Assembly: GCA_905178155.1 (NCBI GenBank)
Contig: CAJINV010000005.1
Location: forward strand, 5,002,256-5,066,255
DNA length: 64,000 nt
Direction: 5' to 3'
Source of the DNA: Amoebophrya sp. A120
Taxonomy: Eukaryota; Protista; Dinoflagellata
In this document: positions 12,201 through 27,200 of the stretch, in pieces
Layout of the letters: each line of letters opens with the position of its first letter
How positions within the stretch are numbered: position 1 is the first letter of the stretch
The notes under the pieces: model-generated
Seen by the model: only the letters and a program-made list of their open reading frames with translations
Told to the model about the DNA's origin: nothing
Databases searched by the model: none
Made by a program: the position numbers and the translations under genes

Positions 12201-15200
12201 GCGACGTGTTACGGCCAAGTTTCAGCGGGTATGACAATTTGTTCAACCAGATCCTAACCGCGACCTTCAACCGGGCGGAAACGGAGCCGTTGTCGTTATT
12301 ACCGCATTTGGACTTCCTGAATCTGCCCGGCGGCAACACCAGTTTCAAATCCATTCGCCTCGTACAGGAAAGGATGCGAATTCGGACGAGGTTTTTACTC
12401 CCCTTGATTCCCGGGACTTTGTCGACGAATCTAGTTGCTACCGCACCGTCGAACTCGCCGCAGTCTTTGGATTATCTCCTCGATTTGATCCGCCCGGCGG
12501 TGCAAAAGGCGGTGGTGATCAATCTTAGAGGAAGTCACGACTCGCTTGGCCCGAACGGGGCGTACTCCGATTTGTTCCAGGATTTATCGCCCGGTAACAT
12601 CACGGTTTCGGTGTATTCCATCCCGGACTTGTATAAAAAGTCGAAGCAGCTCCCGAGTACTGCTATCCCAGCAAATCACGCAGATTCCGTTCTGGTTGAG
12701 ATTTCGGTACCATTAGCCGTTGACTTTACGAATCCGAATCTTGCTAACCTGACCGATGCACAGGAATTATCGGATCTGAAGCAGAACATTGCGGATATGC
12801 TGACGCCGAGTTCCGCGGACTCTGCGTCGACGAATACCACCGGTTCTGGGTCGACTACTACAAGCACGATGTTTACAGAGGTTCTTCCCATCCAACTCTC
12901 TTTCGCGGGCGTCCCGGTTTCTGAACCTTTATTCGCAACGGGGAGTGGTGCCGACGCGGACGAGATGGTTCTGAATAAATACAGCAAAGCGGTGTTGACG
13001 GAGTTAGTAGCGCCGAACGCTGATGGAACAAGCACTTCTCTGGGCTTCACTCTCCCGCCCAACAAAGTTTCCTCCGCCGTCCAGCCGATCGTGTCCTCCA
13101 CGGAAGCCAGCAACGTGAAATTTATCCGGTCCAAACTCCGTTTGAATGTCAGCTTCAGGGGGAAGCAGTTCAAAGACTGGGTGCAGAACGCAATCGCGAC
13201 AAAACTGCAAGAGGAGGTGGATTTCTGCGCTTCTACTACGAACGTGAATTCCGATGATGTTGAGACACAGAAGCAAACCAAAAACTTCTACTTCGCGAAG
13301 AAACTGCAGCAGGAGATTGCAGCCGGGGGGTTGGACAAGTCGGAAATTCCGAAGATCAAGAAGGAAAACGTGATAGTGTTTGAACAAATCTCCTCCGCGG
13401 CAAGGGGGGCTAAAACCTTGGACTTCGAAATCCTCGTGAAAATCGAGGAATCCGAGGCGGTGAACGCGGTGTCGAGTTTGGTTTTATCGCTTTTATCTTC
13501 CAAAGATTCCGAGGAATCTTACACTTTCGGCCCGAATTCGGTTTCGAACTTCGGGAAGGAACTGAAGGACTTTTTAATCTCGACGAAAAACACGTATTTC
13601 TCCCAGTCCTACGGCGGCGCGCTAAAAGGGGTTAGCCTCCCATCGATGGCGCAAGCCAGTCCGACGGCGAAAAATCTCCGGTTCAGCTTCGATTTCTCGT
13701 TGGATGCGACGAACTCCGCGTCTTTATCCGATGCGGAAATCAACGAAAAAGTGACAAATTTGGCGAAAGTATGCTGAGTAAAAACGTACCCACCCCAGAG
13801 TTGTCATGCAGATCTGCATGCCAAAAAAGTTTCTCATGTGGAGCCCCATGCGAAGCATTTTCTAGTCGTGCTTTAGAGTTTGTGATGCTAGAAGGAGCAT
13901 GATGCACTAGATCTGTGATGCTTCTGAACTAGCGAAGCAGGACCACACCATGAGGGCAAACTTTTCGTGCGAAACAGCGAAAGCTGGTTGATTTGTCTAG
14001 CAGATTTGCCATCTTGACTCTGGTGCGTGGGCCCCGTTTTTACTCAGGATAGAAAGCGGCGTTAGCTACTGCGATTTATCGAGGGACCGGGATCTGGCTC
14101 ATGCCGGCGCAGATCTCACTGTATTTCTTGGAGAACTCCATCACGCCTTTCAAATCCCCCGTGTTTCAACTGACGATCCCCGCGACGAAGCCGAAACTGC
14201 AGTGGTTCTTGGCCTTCCAGTTGGAGAAGTTCGTGACGGATTACGTCGCGGTGGAATTGAACGCCCTAACTGCGACTGTTCCGGGAACAACGGCGAGTGT
14301 GGAGAGTTGTGGCATTTTGGCGCAGAGGTTGGGGTACACAGACACTTCCGCTCCAAACAGTAAGCCATTCAGCTGTGACAGTTGGAAGCAGATAGTTTCC
14401 TACACGGCGGTATCAACTGTAAAAATGTCTGGGTCTGGAAGATTGCCAGGTTTGTCATGCACATTTTGCATGGCTCCTGATGTCTGTGATGCATGCCCTA
14501 GCATCACAGATTTTGTGAGGGCTTCCTGATGCCTATACCGCATGACAAATGCTCTCTCCGTGTAGCAAAACTTGGACGCTCTTTGCTGCTCATGCAATAC
14601 AGAGTTTTTTAGAATCCAAAATCAGCATGACAAGTTGGATTCTTCCAGACCCAGACATTTTTACAGTTGATAGGTGGACTCCGCGAAGATCAAGCCGTAC
14701 ACGAAATCCTCCTCTTATGGACGTGTCAGGCTTGAAATCGTCAAAGTTGAAATAATTTGTAATGCATAAAATGCATGGCCCGAGGTACGTGCGTTGCAGA
14801 GCAGGCAAGTGAGGCCGATTGTATGCCTGTTAGGGGTTACAGCTCGAGCTGCTAAAGTAGCATGAGAAAATCACTCTTCTTTGCCTAAACAGCATGACAA
14901 ACTGGATTTAGGGCCCACCAAAATTTGTCATGCGCCACTTGGTAACTGGGTTCCAACTGGCATCCATTTTATGCATGACAAATTATTTCAACTTTGTCGA
15001 TTTCAACTCTGACACATCCATACCTCTTACGTGGCTGCGGATCCTGGTGTGCTGGAAGATGATCCAGTTGTTTCGACCGGGACGGTTACTACAACATTAG
15101 CTGGAAGTGGAACCGCAGCTCCGGTTATTCCCCCAACTACCCGTATCATGCAGCAGGTTGTTGGCTTCACCTTAACTTTGCCGTTAGACGCTCCATCCGC

Positions 15201-18200
15201 CGACGGGAAAGTTCTGCAACCGACGAGCATCCAGGTGTTGCAGAATTGGGTTGAGCACGTTATCAAACAAGAAGCGGGGAGGATTTTAGCTTCCGACACG
15301 GCTGTCGAATCCTCTCTGCAAAAACCTGACGGCTCGAAAGGCGACATTTCCCTCCAAATCCCCACGACTGGGATTACAGTCGCAGTAGAATCCGCTTCAG
15401 AAACGAAGGTAACAACCCCGGCGCCCTGTCAGCTCTACGAGCCGGGGTCTGCGGTGCCGGGGAAGTGGGAACTGTACATGTACAAGCACGGGGAAGTAAT
15501 CGAGAACAACGGGTGGCGCGACATGCGGTACGGGCAAAACCCGAACGGTTTGAATTCCCTCTGCCCCCACCCGACAAGTGGAAATGCGAAGATGGCGGAG
15601 GCGACCTTTGACCAGATCTGCTACAAGGAAGTCTTGGCGGTGGGCGGGACCGGGGCCTGGGTGCGGATCAAGCGGAAGGACAATGGGTGTATTCCCGCGG
15701 CGCACGCGTTTGGACCGGGGGAACACTTATGCATTGCAAATATGTCTGGGTCTGGAAGGATGCAAGTCTGTCATGCGTGTCTTACATGACTCCTAATTCT
15801 GTGATGCATGACCAGGAAACGGGCCTCTTGCCTGTCATGCAAAAACGCAGTTTGTCATGCGCAAACGAAACGCAAGGCAGCTACAAAATTTGTCATGCTC
15901 GGCTGCGTATGTCAGTGTGCTTCACATTCACAGATTTGCATCACAACTTTCCAGACCCAGGCCACACGTTTGCACTTCATAGCACTCTATCAACGGCCAG
16001 TACTCCATGGTGACGTCGAGTGGGTTATCAAATGCAAAAATGTCTGGGTCTGGAAGAATCCGAACTTGTGATGCTGCATTTGGATTCCGAAAAAATCTGT
16101 ATTGCATAAGCAGCAAAGGGAAGGCAATTTTGGCTACGCGGAGAGGGCATCTGTCATGCGGAATAGGCATCGCGAAGCCCTCAAAAAGTCTGTGATGCTA
16201 GGGCATGCATCACAGACATCATGGCCCATGCAAAACGTGCATGACAAGTCTCAGAATCTTCCAGACCCAGACATTTTTGCATTTCATATGGGTTTTCGGG
16301 CGACGCGAAGGTCGGCCCGGTAAACCACGGTCCGCTCTTTTCTGACGCGATGGGGGGTGGCCAGTGGATGTGGCGCTGCAATAAAAAACCGGGAATGCAA
16401 TACGATGCGGAGAATTGCGCGTCATACGATACCGGGGGTGTTTTGGGTAATTCTTTCTCGGATCCTAATACCTGGGGCAATCTGATTTCGATGCCCGGCA
16501 TGTATGACGCGGGGAAAGGGGAGGCAAACTGCTGCAAGAAGGGGTACAGCTGGGCCTGGTACGGAAAAACGACGACGGCGACGGACGTCAGGCCTGCTTT
16601 CTCCGTATCAAATGCAAAAATCTCTGGGTCTGGAAGAATGCCAGACTTGTCATGCAGGTTTTCCATGAGCCATGAGGTCTGGTATGTAGGACATAACATG
16701 ACAGATTCTCTGAGAGTTCTATCCTGCATGAGAAACTGCCTTCCAAATTGGTCGAAAGTGGATGGCTTTTGGCACTCATGCAACACAGATTTTTGCATCA
16801 TTCGGAATTAGCATGACAAGTTGCAATCTTCCAGACATCCAGGGATTTTTGCAATCCATACTCCGGCGTGCTCGGAATGCAGATTATCAACGCGACGTTT
16901 TTAGTCAGCATTCCGGTGGATATGGTCGTGGAAAGCAGTAGTAGTAGTACGAGTGCAGCTGGATCATCCGGCTCTGGCTCTACTGGTGCAGCTTCCTCTA
17001 GTACAACCACCGCTGCGATTTTGGACGTGAAGCAACTAGAGCAGACCTTTTCCGCGGTCGCGAAAGCGATCAAGGAGAAACTGCCCGCCGGGGTGGAAAC
17101 CGCGTTGACAAACACTTACAAACTCGGCTTGAGGAAGGAAGAGATTGAATTTCTCAACGACCCAGTTCCCGCGGGCGACAGTTTTGTCTCAACAGAACCG
17201 GCGGGAAGTTCCATTTCCCCAACTACAGGTCAGTCCGCCGCGAGCCCAACATTTGTGGAGGGGAAGTTGAAGTTTTCCACCCACAGAGGGGTTTACAACA
17301 AGGACATCTCCCCCGAAGCCGCAATGGAATTGGAGGAGAAACTGCTGAAGGAAGCGCTGCAAATCGCCATTCAAAAAGCGGTGAAACGAACCGTCTTGAA
17401 AGAAGAACTCCGGCAGTCGGACCCCTTGGCGATCGAAGAGAGCAACTTCGAGCAACCGGCGGTGCAGATTTCCCCGCCTTCATCTGTGCGCGTAGTGAAG
17501 GAGGAGCGAACGGCGACGGTTTTGTTCCACGGGTACTACAGTTCAGACATTGTGGGCGAGTTGTTAGCTGGGTTCTCTGATTCCCCGAACAGCAACCAGA
17601 CGGCTTTGGTCCAGGCGATTGCGAATGAGTTCGCAAAAGAGGTGCAGAACCCGACGACTCCCACGACCGCGAAGATCGGGGTGAGTAAGATCGGGTTGAA
17701 GGAAAATAGTTCCGCTTCGATTGTGTCGCAGACGAAGTTCTCTTTAAAGGTGAAAGCGCCGCAGAAGACCACAGCTTATTTGTTATCCACCGTCTTTCAA
17801 AATTCGCCCTCAGTTCTACAACTAGAACACGCTGTGGCGAAAGCAGTCGCGAGCTCGTTCCGTTCCGCCGTTGGTGCGTTCGACGAATCGGTCTTGTCCG
17901 CTGAGCATGTTTCCGTGACGCTGAATCCTGATCAAGTACCGGGGATCGATTCGGAAGTGGAATTCACTTGCTCCGTCCCGTTTGGAGATCCGGTGACAAG
18001 TGAAGAAGTGCTCAACGTGGAGTCGAACCACCCGTATTCGGTGAAATTTAAGCAAGATTTGTTGAACAACGTGAAGCAGAATTTCATCACTCTAAAACCA
18101 GTCGACCCGAACCCAAATATCATCGCGGGCGCGGCCAGTCTCTACTCTGAGCAGCAAATCCAATCCAACGTGAAACAAGGCTCGGTGCAGACGACCTCTT

Positions 18201-21200
18201 TTGCTTCCAACCGCATGCATCTGGACGTTTTATCGGAGAAGGCGCAGTTGGACCGATTGTCTTTGACTGCGATTGTGAAAACTTCTGCCGCGAAAGCGAT
18301 GGTGGAGGCGCTGGCGACTGGGGACAGTATCCCAGCTGGGAAATCGAAGTTAGAGTTTGTCGAAGAGAAGTATGGGAGCAAGTACTTACTACCGATCACC
18401 TATGGAACTGTCAGGATTGAAATCGTCAAAGTTGAAATAGTTTGTGATTCATAAAATGGATGCCAGTTGGAACCCAGTTTCTAAGCGGCGCATGACAAAT
18501 TTTGGTGATGCCTAAATCCAGTTTGTCATGCTGTTTAGGCAAAGATGACTAATTTTCTCATGCTACTTTAGCAGCTCGAGCTCTAACCCCAAACAGGTTT
18601 ACAATCGGCCTCCCTTGCCTGCTCTGCAACACACGTATTGCGCGCTATGCATTTCATGCATCACAAATTATTTCAACTTTGGCGATATCAAACCTGACGC
18701 TTCCATATCACCCCGGCTTCCGTCGTGATCCGGTTTTTTGAGCCGGATCAACAGGCAGTTGCGACCAACGCGAACCAGTTTGCGGATCGAGTGCAGAACC
18801 TTGACAGCTCCGTTTTGACGAGTTCCGGCATTGACAAGACGAATACCAAGGCGGACTTCTTCGACTTTTCTGTCTCTTTGCTGATGCCCTCGTGTAAGGA
18901 CCAGTCGAACTGTAGTGACAAAGCGGAACTACAAGCATTGAAGGACAAAACTGTCGCTGCGGTCTCTGCCGACGCGGTGGCGAAGTCAGCTGATGGAACA
19001 ACAGATAAAAACCCGTCTGGGAAGAACTTCTACGAGAAATTCCTTACCGAGTTGAAAACCCTAGGGGTGCCGACTCTCCAGGAGGTCATTATGCCGCACG
19101 CGATAGGAGCTGCGACATCCTCCTCCACTGCGAAATCTTCTGCGCTTCTCTTCTCCCCGACACAATCGACCCAAGTCGCGGCCGTTGCGAAGCCGCAGGT
19201 TAGTGCGATTCTGGACAAGGACGAGCCGCAGCCGGTGGTTTATATCGAAACCAGAGGGGTGTTGCGATCTCTCGCGGAATATGGAATGCAAAAATGTCTG
19301 GGTCTGGAAGAATGCAACTTGTGATGCTAAATCTGAATCATGTAAAAATCTGTGTTGCATGATTACCAAAAGCTGCCCACTGTTGACCTAATCGAGAGGC
19401 AGTTTCTCATGCAGGATAGGCATGATAAAACTCTCACAGAATCTGTTGTGCTATGTCCTACATACCAGACCTCATGGGTCATGGAAAACCTGCATGACAA
19501 GTCTGGCACTCTTCCAGACCCAGACACTTTTACATTTGATACAGAGTCGGCTATTGCAGATCCATCGGAGATTTTGGCTAATACCGGTGACGCAGCGAGT
19601 TCGGCGACGACTCAGAAATCGGAAAGCGAGATATCCTATGTAAAAACGTCCCCACCCCAGAGTCAAGATGGGAAGTCTGCAACACAAATCCCCAAGTTTT
19701 GGGGATTCTGCATGACAAGCTTCCATCTGCAGTGTAGTACTGGCTGACAAGGAAAGCCGCATGACAAAGTCATTTTCTCGTCCTGTTTACAGCATTACAA
19801 ATTCCAAAACACGACTGGAAATGCCTCTCATGGAAGTGCGCATTACAAATCTTCCTGTCATTGCACATTTGCATGACAACTCTGGGGTGGGGATGTTTTT
19901 GCACAGGATATGAGATTTTGAGGGAGATTCTGGAGGAAGTTGGGCAGTCTGCGGCGGAAGAAATTCTCCCGCAGGTAGCTTTGCTTTCTTCCGAAGATGT
20001 TGACGGTGTCGGTGCTGGAAGTTCTGGTTCAACTACATCTGGCGCTTCGACTAGCACCGGCGCCGGCGCAGAGTTCGGAATGAACACCGAGGCTTATTAT
20101 CTCGCGCACCGGACAACCACAATTGCGCCTGACGGGAGTACGATAATTGCCACCACGGCGACGCCGACCACGACAACCGCAGCGAGCACTGCAACCGGAA
20201 ATACGACCGACCCAACAACGACGTCCACTACTTCCACTTCTACCACCACCACTTCTTCCACAACCACCACAACTTTCGTCCGCGACCCAGCGTTGGCGAT
20301 AACAAAAGTGAAGGCGAAACTGTTGCACGCGTCATTGGGAAAATACCCAGTTGGCACCGTCCCTTCCTCCCTAGTCGGAAAAATCTACCGGGAGCAGCAC
20401 TTCGCGCTGACGTTTGACTTGAAGAACGTCACGACCAAGCGGTTAGGCATGATTCAGGAGCAACTTTCTTCCGACTACAGCAAATTTGGCATCAATTTGC
20501 GGGATAAGATCACGACTTACACGAAAAACCCGAGTTTGAACAAGGGGCTGATGACCAAGTACACTTTACACGATATGCGGAACGCGGAGCGGATTTCCAC
20601 GACGACCGCGGTGATTGACATTGAGGAGATTCCGGATGATACGAAATACGAACTGCAAAACGACCGGACGTATTCGTTAGAACCCTCCGCGATTGATATT
20701 GAACTACGCCTTGACGGCGGGGATTTGCACGGGGCGGAAACGTATCAAATGTAAAAATGTCTGGGCCTGGAAATTTCTGAGACTTGTCATGCACGTTTTG
20801 CATGGGCCATGAGCATGATGTCTGTGATGCATGCTCTAGCGTCACAGACTTTTCGAGGGCTTCGCGATGCCTATTCCGCATGACAAATGCCCTCTCCGCG
20901 TAGCCAAAATTGCATTCCGTTTGCTGCTTATGCAATACAGATTTTTTGGAATCCAAATGCAGCATCACAAGTTTGCATTCTTCCAGACCCAGACACTTTT
21001 GCACTTGATAAAACGCTCTTTTCTGCGAGCAAAAGGGTCCGAACAGACGCGATCGCCGCGGGGAAAACGTCTGCGTTCGCAAACCCGGAATCCCCTTCCG
21101 TTTGGACGAGCCGAAAGTGCTTAACGGGCGAATTCTTCTCCCGCGACGCCTACGATCTCGGCGAAGATCGCGTGTTGGTGTTGAAACTCGCTTATGCATG

Positions 21201-24200
21201 GCAAAAGGATTGTACTAGTAGAAAGCGCATCTTCACAAATTTTTCCAGAAGAAAAAATGGAATTTGTAATGCTGAACTAGCTAAGAAACCAGATCTGCGG
21301 TATTGCAATTAGTACGAGTGCGATACTTTTGCACTGGATATCGCTTTGCCCAACCCGAAACACGGCTTTACCGGGGCTCACAAGGATATCAAAAGTAAAA
21401 ATCCCTGGATGTCTGGGAACTTGTGATGCTGGGTGGCGTCTCATGATAAGGCTACAATTGCTGGCTCAGCATGACAAGTTTCTGAGCTTCTAGGTGCTAT
21501 GCCTATTCTGCATGACAAACTGCGTTCCTGCATCACAGAAAAACGGAGCTCTTGGGTAACGTGCATGACAGATTTAAGAATCATGCCAGACAAGCATGAC
21601 AAACATGAATTCTTCCAGACATCCAGGGATTTTTACAGTTGATAAAGGACGGGCAAACACAATTAGCCGCGGACGGGACGGATCATCAGTTGGTGTACGT
21701 GTTTAACAGTGAATACTTATTGAAAGGAAAAATCCCCCCTCCCCACATTGAAAAGGCACGACTTCGAAAATTTGTGTTGCTGATTTGAGGTCACAAATCC
21801 TTTTTGTCTTGCAAGAAGACAAGGGCAGGAGCTTTAGCCCCATTCTGGAAGCGGTTTGTGATGCTGTTGGGCCTAAAGGGGAGCCGTTTGCCATGCTAAA
21901 CAACTAGACACGCCCGCCCCTATCTAGCCTGGAGATCTGTCCGCAATGCCTCTCTGCAATACAAAGCTGATTTGTGTACCCAAATCCAGCATCAGAAACT
22001 TCGTTTTGATATGGGGAGGGGGGGTTTTTCCTTTTGATAATTCTTCTCGGTCAGCAAAAAAGCGCACCAGCAGGGGTTCTTCTTACAAAACGCCACCGCG
22101 AAGGCGATCACTTCTGGGAGTAGTGGCGGAGAGGAATTTTTAACCGTCTCCACCGACGCGGACGTGGCGAATAAGTTGACAAACAACCAGTACTGGGCGA
22201 CCAGGTGGGTGGCGAATGTAGGGGAGCTATCAAATGCAAATATCGATCTGGGTCTGGAAGATTGCATGACTTGTCATGCAGATTTTCCATGACGGCGCAT
22301 GAGGTCTGGAATGCAGGACCTAGCATGACAGATTCTGTGAGAACTCCAACTCTATCATGCCTGTGCTGCATGAGAAATAACTCCTTCGCAACTTGATCAA
22401 AATCGGACAACTTTTGGCGCTCATGCAACACAAATTTTTTCAGGATGCAGACTTGGCATGACAAGTTGCAAACTTCCAGAGGATCCACACATATTTGCGA
22501 TGCATAGGAGCATGGCAACGTGACTTACCACGACACCGCTTATGGTCACCCGGGCAGTCCGCCGGCCTTCGACGGCTTGTTGCCGGCGAGCATGAAGAAG
22601 ATCCGGGACTTTTTCGAGGACACTGCTAACAAGGGGAAAATTGACAAACGGAAAAACAAATTGTTTTTGGGTGTTATCCCACCGGATAGTGTTTTACAGT
22701 CTATGTCGACGAGTAATTACAAGCCGTTCAACGGTTGCATTCTATCGGCGATGGTCTACAATAAGGAGCAGCTGAATAACCCTCCGATGAAGACCGCGCC
22801 GCCGCGAAGTCAAAAAATCGCTCAAGCTTGGTTGGACCAGAATGAGAAGGAGATCGTCAAAAGTGGCGGTGTGTTTCCGGCTTTGATGAAGGTCGGCGAC
22901 TCGGTCGCCTACGGCATGCCGACGACTACGACGACGGCGCCGCCCAACACGGTTACTACGACAACCACGGCTTTTTCTTTCCCGACCATCTCTGTCACAC
23001 GAGAGCCGGACACCGTGGACTGGTACGACGCCATGGCTTTTTTGCCAGACAACGTCGGCGGGTTTTACGGCGGTGTTTGTTCGGACAGCAGCACGGAGGA
23101 CATATCCTGTGTGAAAACGTTCCCACCCCTACAGAGTTGTCATGCAGATTTGCGATGACAGGAAGATTTGTAATGCGCATGTCCATGCTAGGCATGACAT
23201 ACTCATCGTGTTTTGGAATTTGTGATGCTGTAAACAGGATAAGCAGATGGATTTGTGATTCGATTATCTTTGGTAACATGCACTACACTACAGAGTGCAA
23301 CTTGTCATGCGTAGCTCCCAAAACAGTCTGTTTATGTCATGCGTGGCTCCCAAAACTTCTGGATTTGTGTTGCTAAGTTCCCAACTTGACTATGGGGTGG
23401 GGACGTTTTTACATATGAGAGGACAAGGCAACTGTCTACGACAAAATCTGTGACGAGGCGGATACTTCTATTGCGGACTGCGACAGTACTACGCACGACT
23501 GCTGGGAGAAGCCGGATGCGCTGGCAACAGATTTACTCCCCAGGGACGTTTTGAACGAGATTGTACAGAATCCCGACTACACGAACAACGGCCGGGGCAG
23601 TGGGGATAAGTACGAACCGCACCAGTACAAGCGCATGAACCTGGGCAGTCCGGATTTCGTCTACGAATTTGTGCGGCTTGGGATCTGCGGGACAGCAAAC
23701 TACGGCCAGTACAACAGCGGCACTACGATTGTGCCGGATTACCTGTGCAATGAACCAAACGGGGGGCTAGACACAAAGCTAGGCGTGCACAAGTTCAATA
23801 AGGTCCAAAAACGGCAGTACATCTTCCGCCAGTGCGACAAGTTTGTGAAAACGAACAGCTACTGCGCCGGGGTGAGCTGGAACCAGGAACCGGATATGAC
23901 GCACGCGAGCCCCGGGTACGCTAGGCCCTACGGCAGCATGGAGCGCAACATGAACGCCATGGCCATGCCTGGTTGCTTCCCGAGAAGTGGTGGTGGCTGG
24001 AGTGCACCAGTCGGAGATATCAGCGGTGTGCGGAGTAAAGGTACTTCCGGCAACGTCGACGGCGGGGGGAATGTGTGCTGGCGGCACAAACCCGTGCCTT
24101 ATTCCCCGACCTTGTCGAAATTCGGCCACTGGTACAGTAGGTTTGGGACCAACAAAGCCGGTTCTGGATTCTGTACCGCACAGAATGCGAACCCGAACAG

Positions 24201-27200
24201 TGGATCTGTGATCAAAATCGCGGAAAAAATCACGCTGGGCGAGTGTTTCAACTTGTGTGATGCGATGGGCGCGGATTGCCAGGGAATTTCGATGGATAAG
24301 AGGACCAAATACAGCCACACGTACCAGGGACAAACCTGGTCGGCCCGGGAGGATTCGGATGAAAAGCGGGACTGTTTTTTGAAGTTCAATGGGAAGACCT
24401 GTCAGCAGTTGAAACAATCGAACACCGGCCCGAAAAACGAGAAAATCACCTGCGATAACCTCCCGGCCGGAACCCCGCCCATCAATTGCCCGGTCGGGTG
24501 GCATATGAAATGCAAATATGTCCGGGTCTGGAAACTTGTGATGCAAGTCAGTCAATAACAAATGCACTGTAATGCGCCGCCAAGCATGACAAGTTGCTTC
24601 GTGCTTCTGTGCTGCGTATTCCGCATGAGAAACTGCGTTTTTGCATGACAGGCGAGAGAGGCTGTTTGTGGCCACGCAATACAGATTTAAGGGCCATGCC
24701 AGATCAGCATGACAAATCTCGCAATCTTCCAGACCCAGACATTTTTGCATTTGATAGGGCAGAAGCGAAAGCCGGACCCGAACTTTTTGTGCCCAGGCCG
24801 GTACGGGTGCTCCGCGAGTACGTGTTGCGAGGAATCGACCTGTGCGAACAACAACGGGGGAAAAGTCGCGTCTCCTACTGCTTTCGATTGCGCGTTCTAC
24901 GGGGCGACGGCGCTGGAAGGAGTGGATCCGAAGACTATCCGGTGTGGGAGACACGGGGAGGGGTGTACCGTGCAGGACTGCTGTTCTACTGTGACGACGA
25001 CCACCACCGCTTCCTGGCCCCGCCCGCCCTACAGTCTGACAAGCAGAACCGGACTGCAGGACATTGTGGACCACTGGTACAATAAGGATTTGTCCAATTA
25101 CAAAGGTGTCCGCGAAGTGGGCGACGGAAGGGGTATCAACTGTAAATATGTCTGGGTCTGGAAACTTGTAATGCTGCGTTGGGAATAGTGCATGCTCTGT
25201 AATGCACAGCCAAGCATGAGAAATATCTGCGCTTCTTCGTGTTGCGTGTTTCGCATGACAACCTGCGTTTTTGCATGACAGGCAGAAGGCTTTCTTCTTG
25301 GACACGCATCACAAATTTTTTGGTCATGCCAGACAAGCATGACAAGTCTCAGAATCTCCCAGACCCAGACATTTTTGCAGTTGATAAGGGGTATCACCGA
25401 CCGGAACGACCGCAAGTGGAACAAATGCCGGCAGAATGTCGTGCTGAAAGGCGAGCTCACCGTGTTCGAAATCAGCGTGAACCCGCAGGACAGTACCAAA
25501 GCTGTCGTGAAATTAAACGGCAAGTTGATCAAGTCCCAAGTCACCCACCCGCAAAATTCCTTCCGGTGGCTGGGCTTAGCCGCGAGCAACCGGATTTGCA
25601 AGGAATTGTGTGAGAAAGACGTGGTTTGTACGGGTTATCAGTACTTCGATGTCGGCTTCCCGAACTTCGAGTGGCGAGCCTCGTGCTACGCCATTTCGAA
25701 GCAGTTTTTGAAACGAAATTCCATCGCGATTTTGCAGTCTTCCGAGACGGGAATTTGGCGGAAAAAGGTCTATTTGGCGGATTGCAATGGGGAGGAATCG
25801 GTCAAAAATTTAGTTTTCGCGAAGAAGAAACTGTATCAACACGGCAGCTGTGCGAGAGGTGGGGAGGTTTGCAAGCAGATCTTTCCACCAGCATCAACCG
25901 GTACTAGCACGGCCGTGCAGCAGTTCACCTACGGCTCCAAGCCCGATTCCGAAGTGTTCCTGACTCACTCGAAGAGTGTGGAGGAGTTGCAAAAGATTTG
26001 CAAGAGTGGTTCTTTGTCGAACACTTTTATCCACTGCTGGGACAAATACGCGCAGAAAGCGAAAGGGGACGCGAATTTGCTTTCTTCCAGTGATTACATC
26101 GACGGCTTCAAGTCGGTTGCGAAGGGGAAGCTCGCTTGGGGGCAAAATCAAACCCCGCAGAAACTGTATCACAGCTCGCAGCAGCTCGGCAAGTACTACG
26201 AATTCAAGGGCCGCGGTGGGTGCCTGATCGGCGGGAAGTCTCCGCTGCACGCGCGCGGCCGGGTGGAAACCATTGCCGAGTGCGCGGAGGTGTGCGACCT
26301 ACTCGGCGCAGACACCTGCTCCGGGTTTGACACGCAGTACGCGAGATGCGATCCAGGTTCTTTAAAGGAGAACAGCGGTGACACGTGCAAGGTAAACAAC
26401 GTCGGCGGGTTCGCCTGCGCTTCAACCTGCCAATTGATGCAGGTGAACTGCTACCTGCACTTGAGGTCTTCCACCAATTGCGTCCCGCTGAAGGCCCTGC
26501 CATTCGACTTCTACGACCAGTGCGTCCACAGGGTTTCTTCCTCTACAGGTGCCGGAACCGTGGACGGAACCACCACTCCGTCCGTCCCCTACGACCCGGT
26601 TCGGACCTGTTTCGCGTTGAAAGACAGCGTCACCGACACCAACGCTGGGCTGCTGGGCTACACTCCGAATTCGGATAATTCCCAGTTCTTCTGGCCGTAT
26701 CAGCCGGTGGCGGCTGGGATCGAGTCCTTTGTCCGGGACAGCGCCAATTGCGGTTCTGTGAGCAATACAGATTACACCTATCTCCAGATCGCCATCCGGC
26801 GAAACGCGGAGGTCTATCCGAACTGGTGCATGCTTTTGTGCAACCGCATGTCGAAATGCACCAGAATCGTCCAGTTTCTGACCGAGTTCAAGTGTATTTT
26901 GGAATTAGAAGACGCTGATGGATCAACTTGCAGTGCGGAGTTACAAACTCTCGGGCTGCAGGATGCTTCTGGGGGAATCCCTCCCGCGGCTTTGGCTGCG
27001 GATCCAAATGCGAAGTCGTTGGTTTCGAAGGCGAATTTGGAATCTGCGTTCGACGAAATGTTTGGGAAGGGGAAGGTTGAATTCATCAACATCGAGCAGA
27101 TTCTATGCATTTGACAAAAGTATCGCGCTAGTAGAAATTGCATCACAAAAAGCAGAAAAAATTAAAATCCAACTTGTCATGCGCAATCCTGTTAAAGAAT

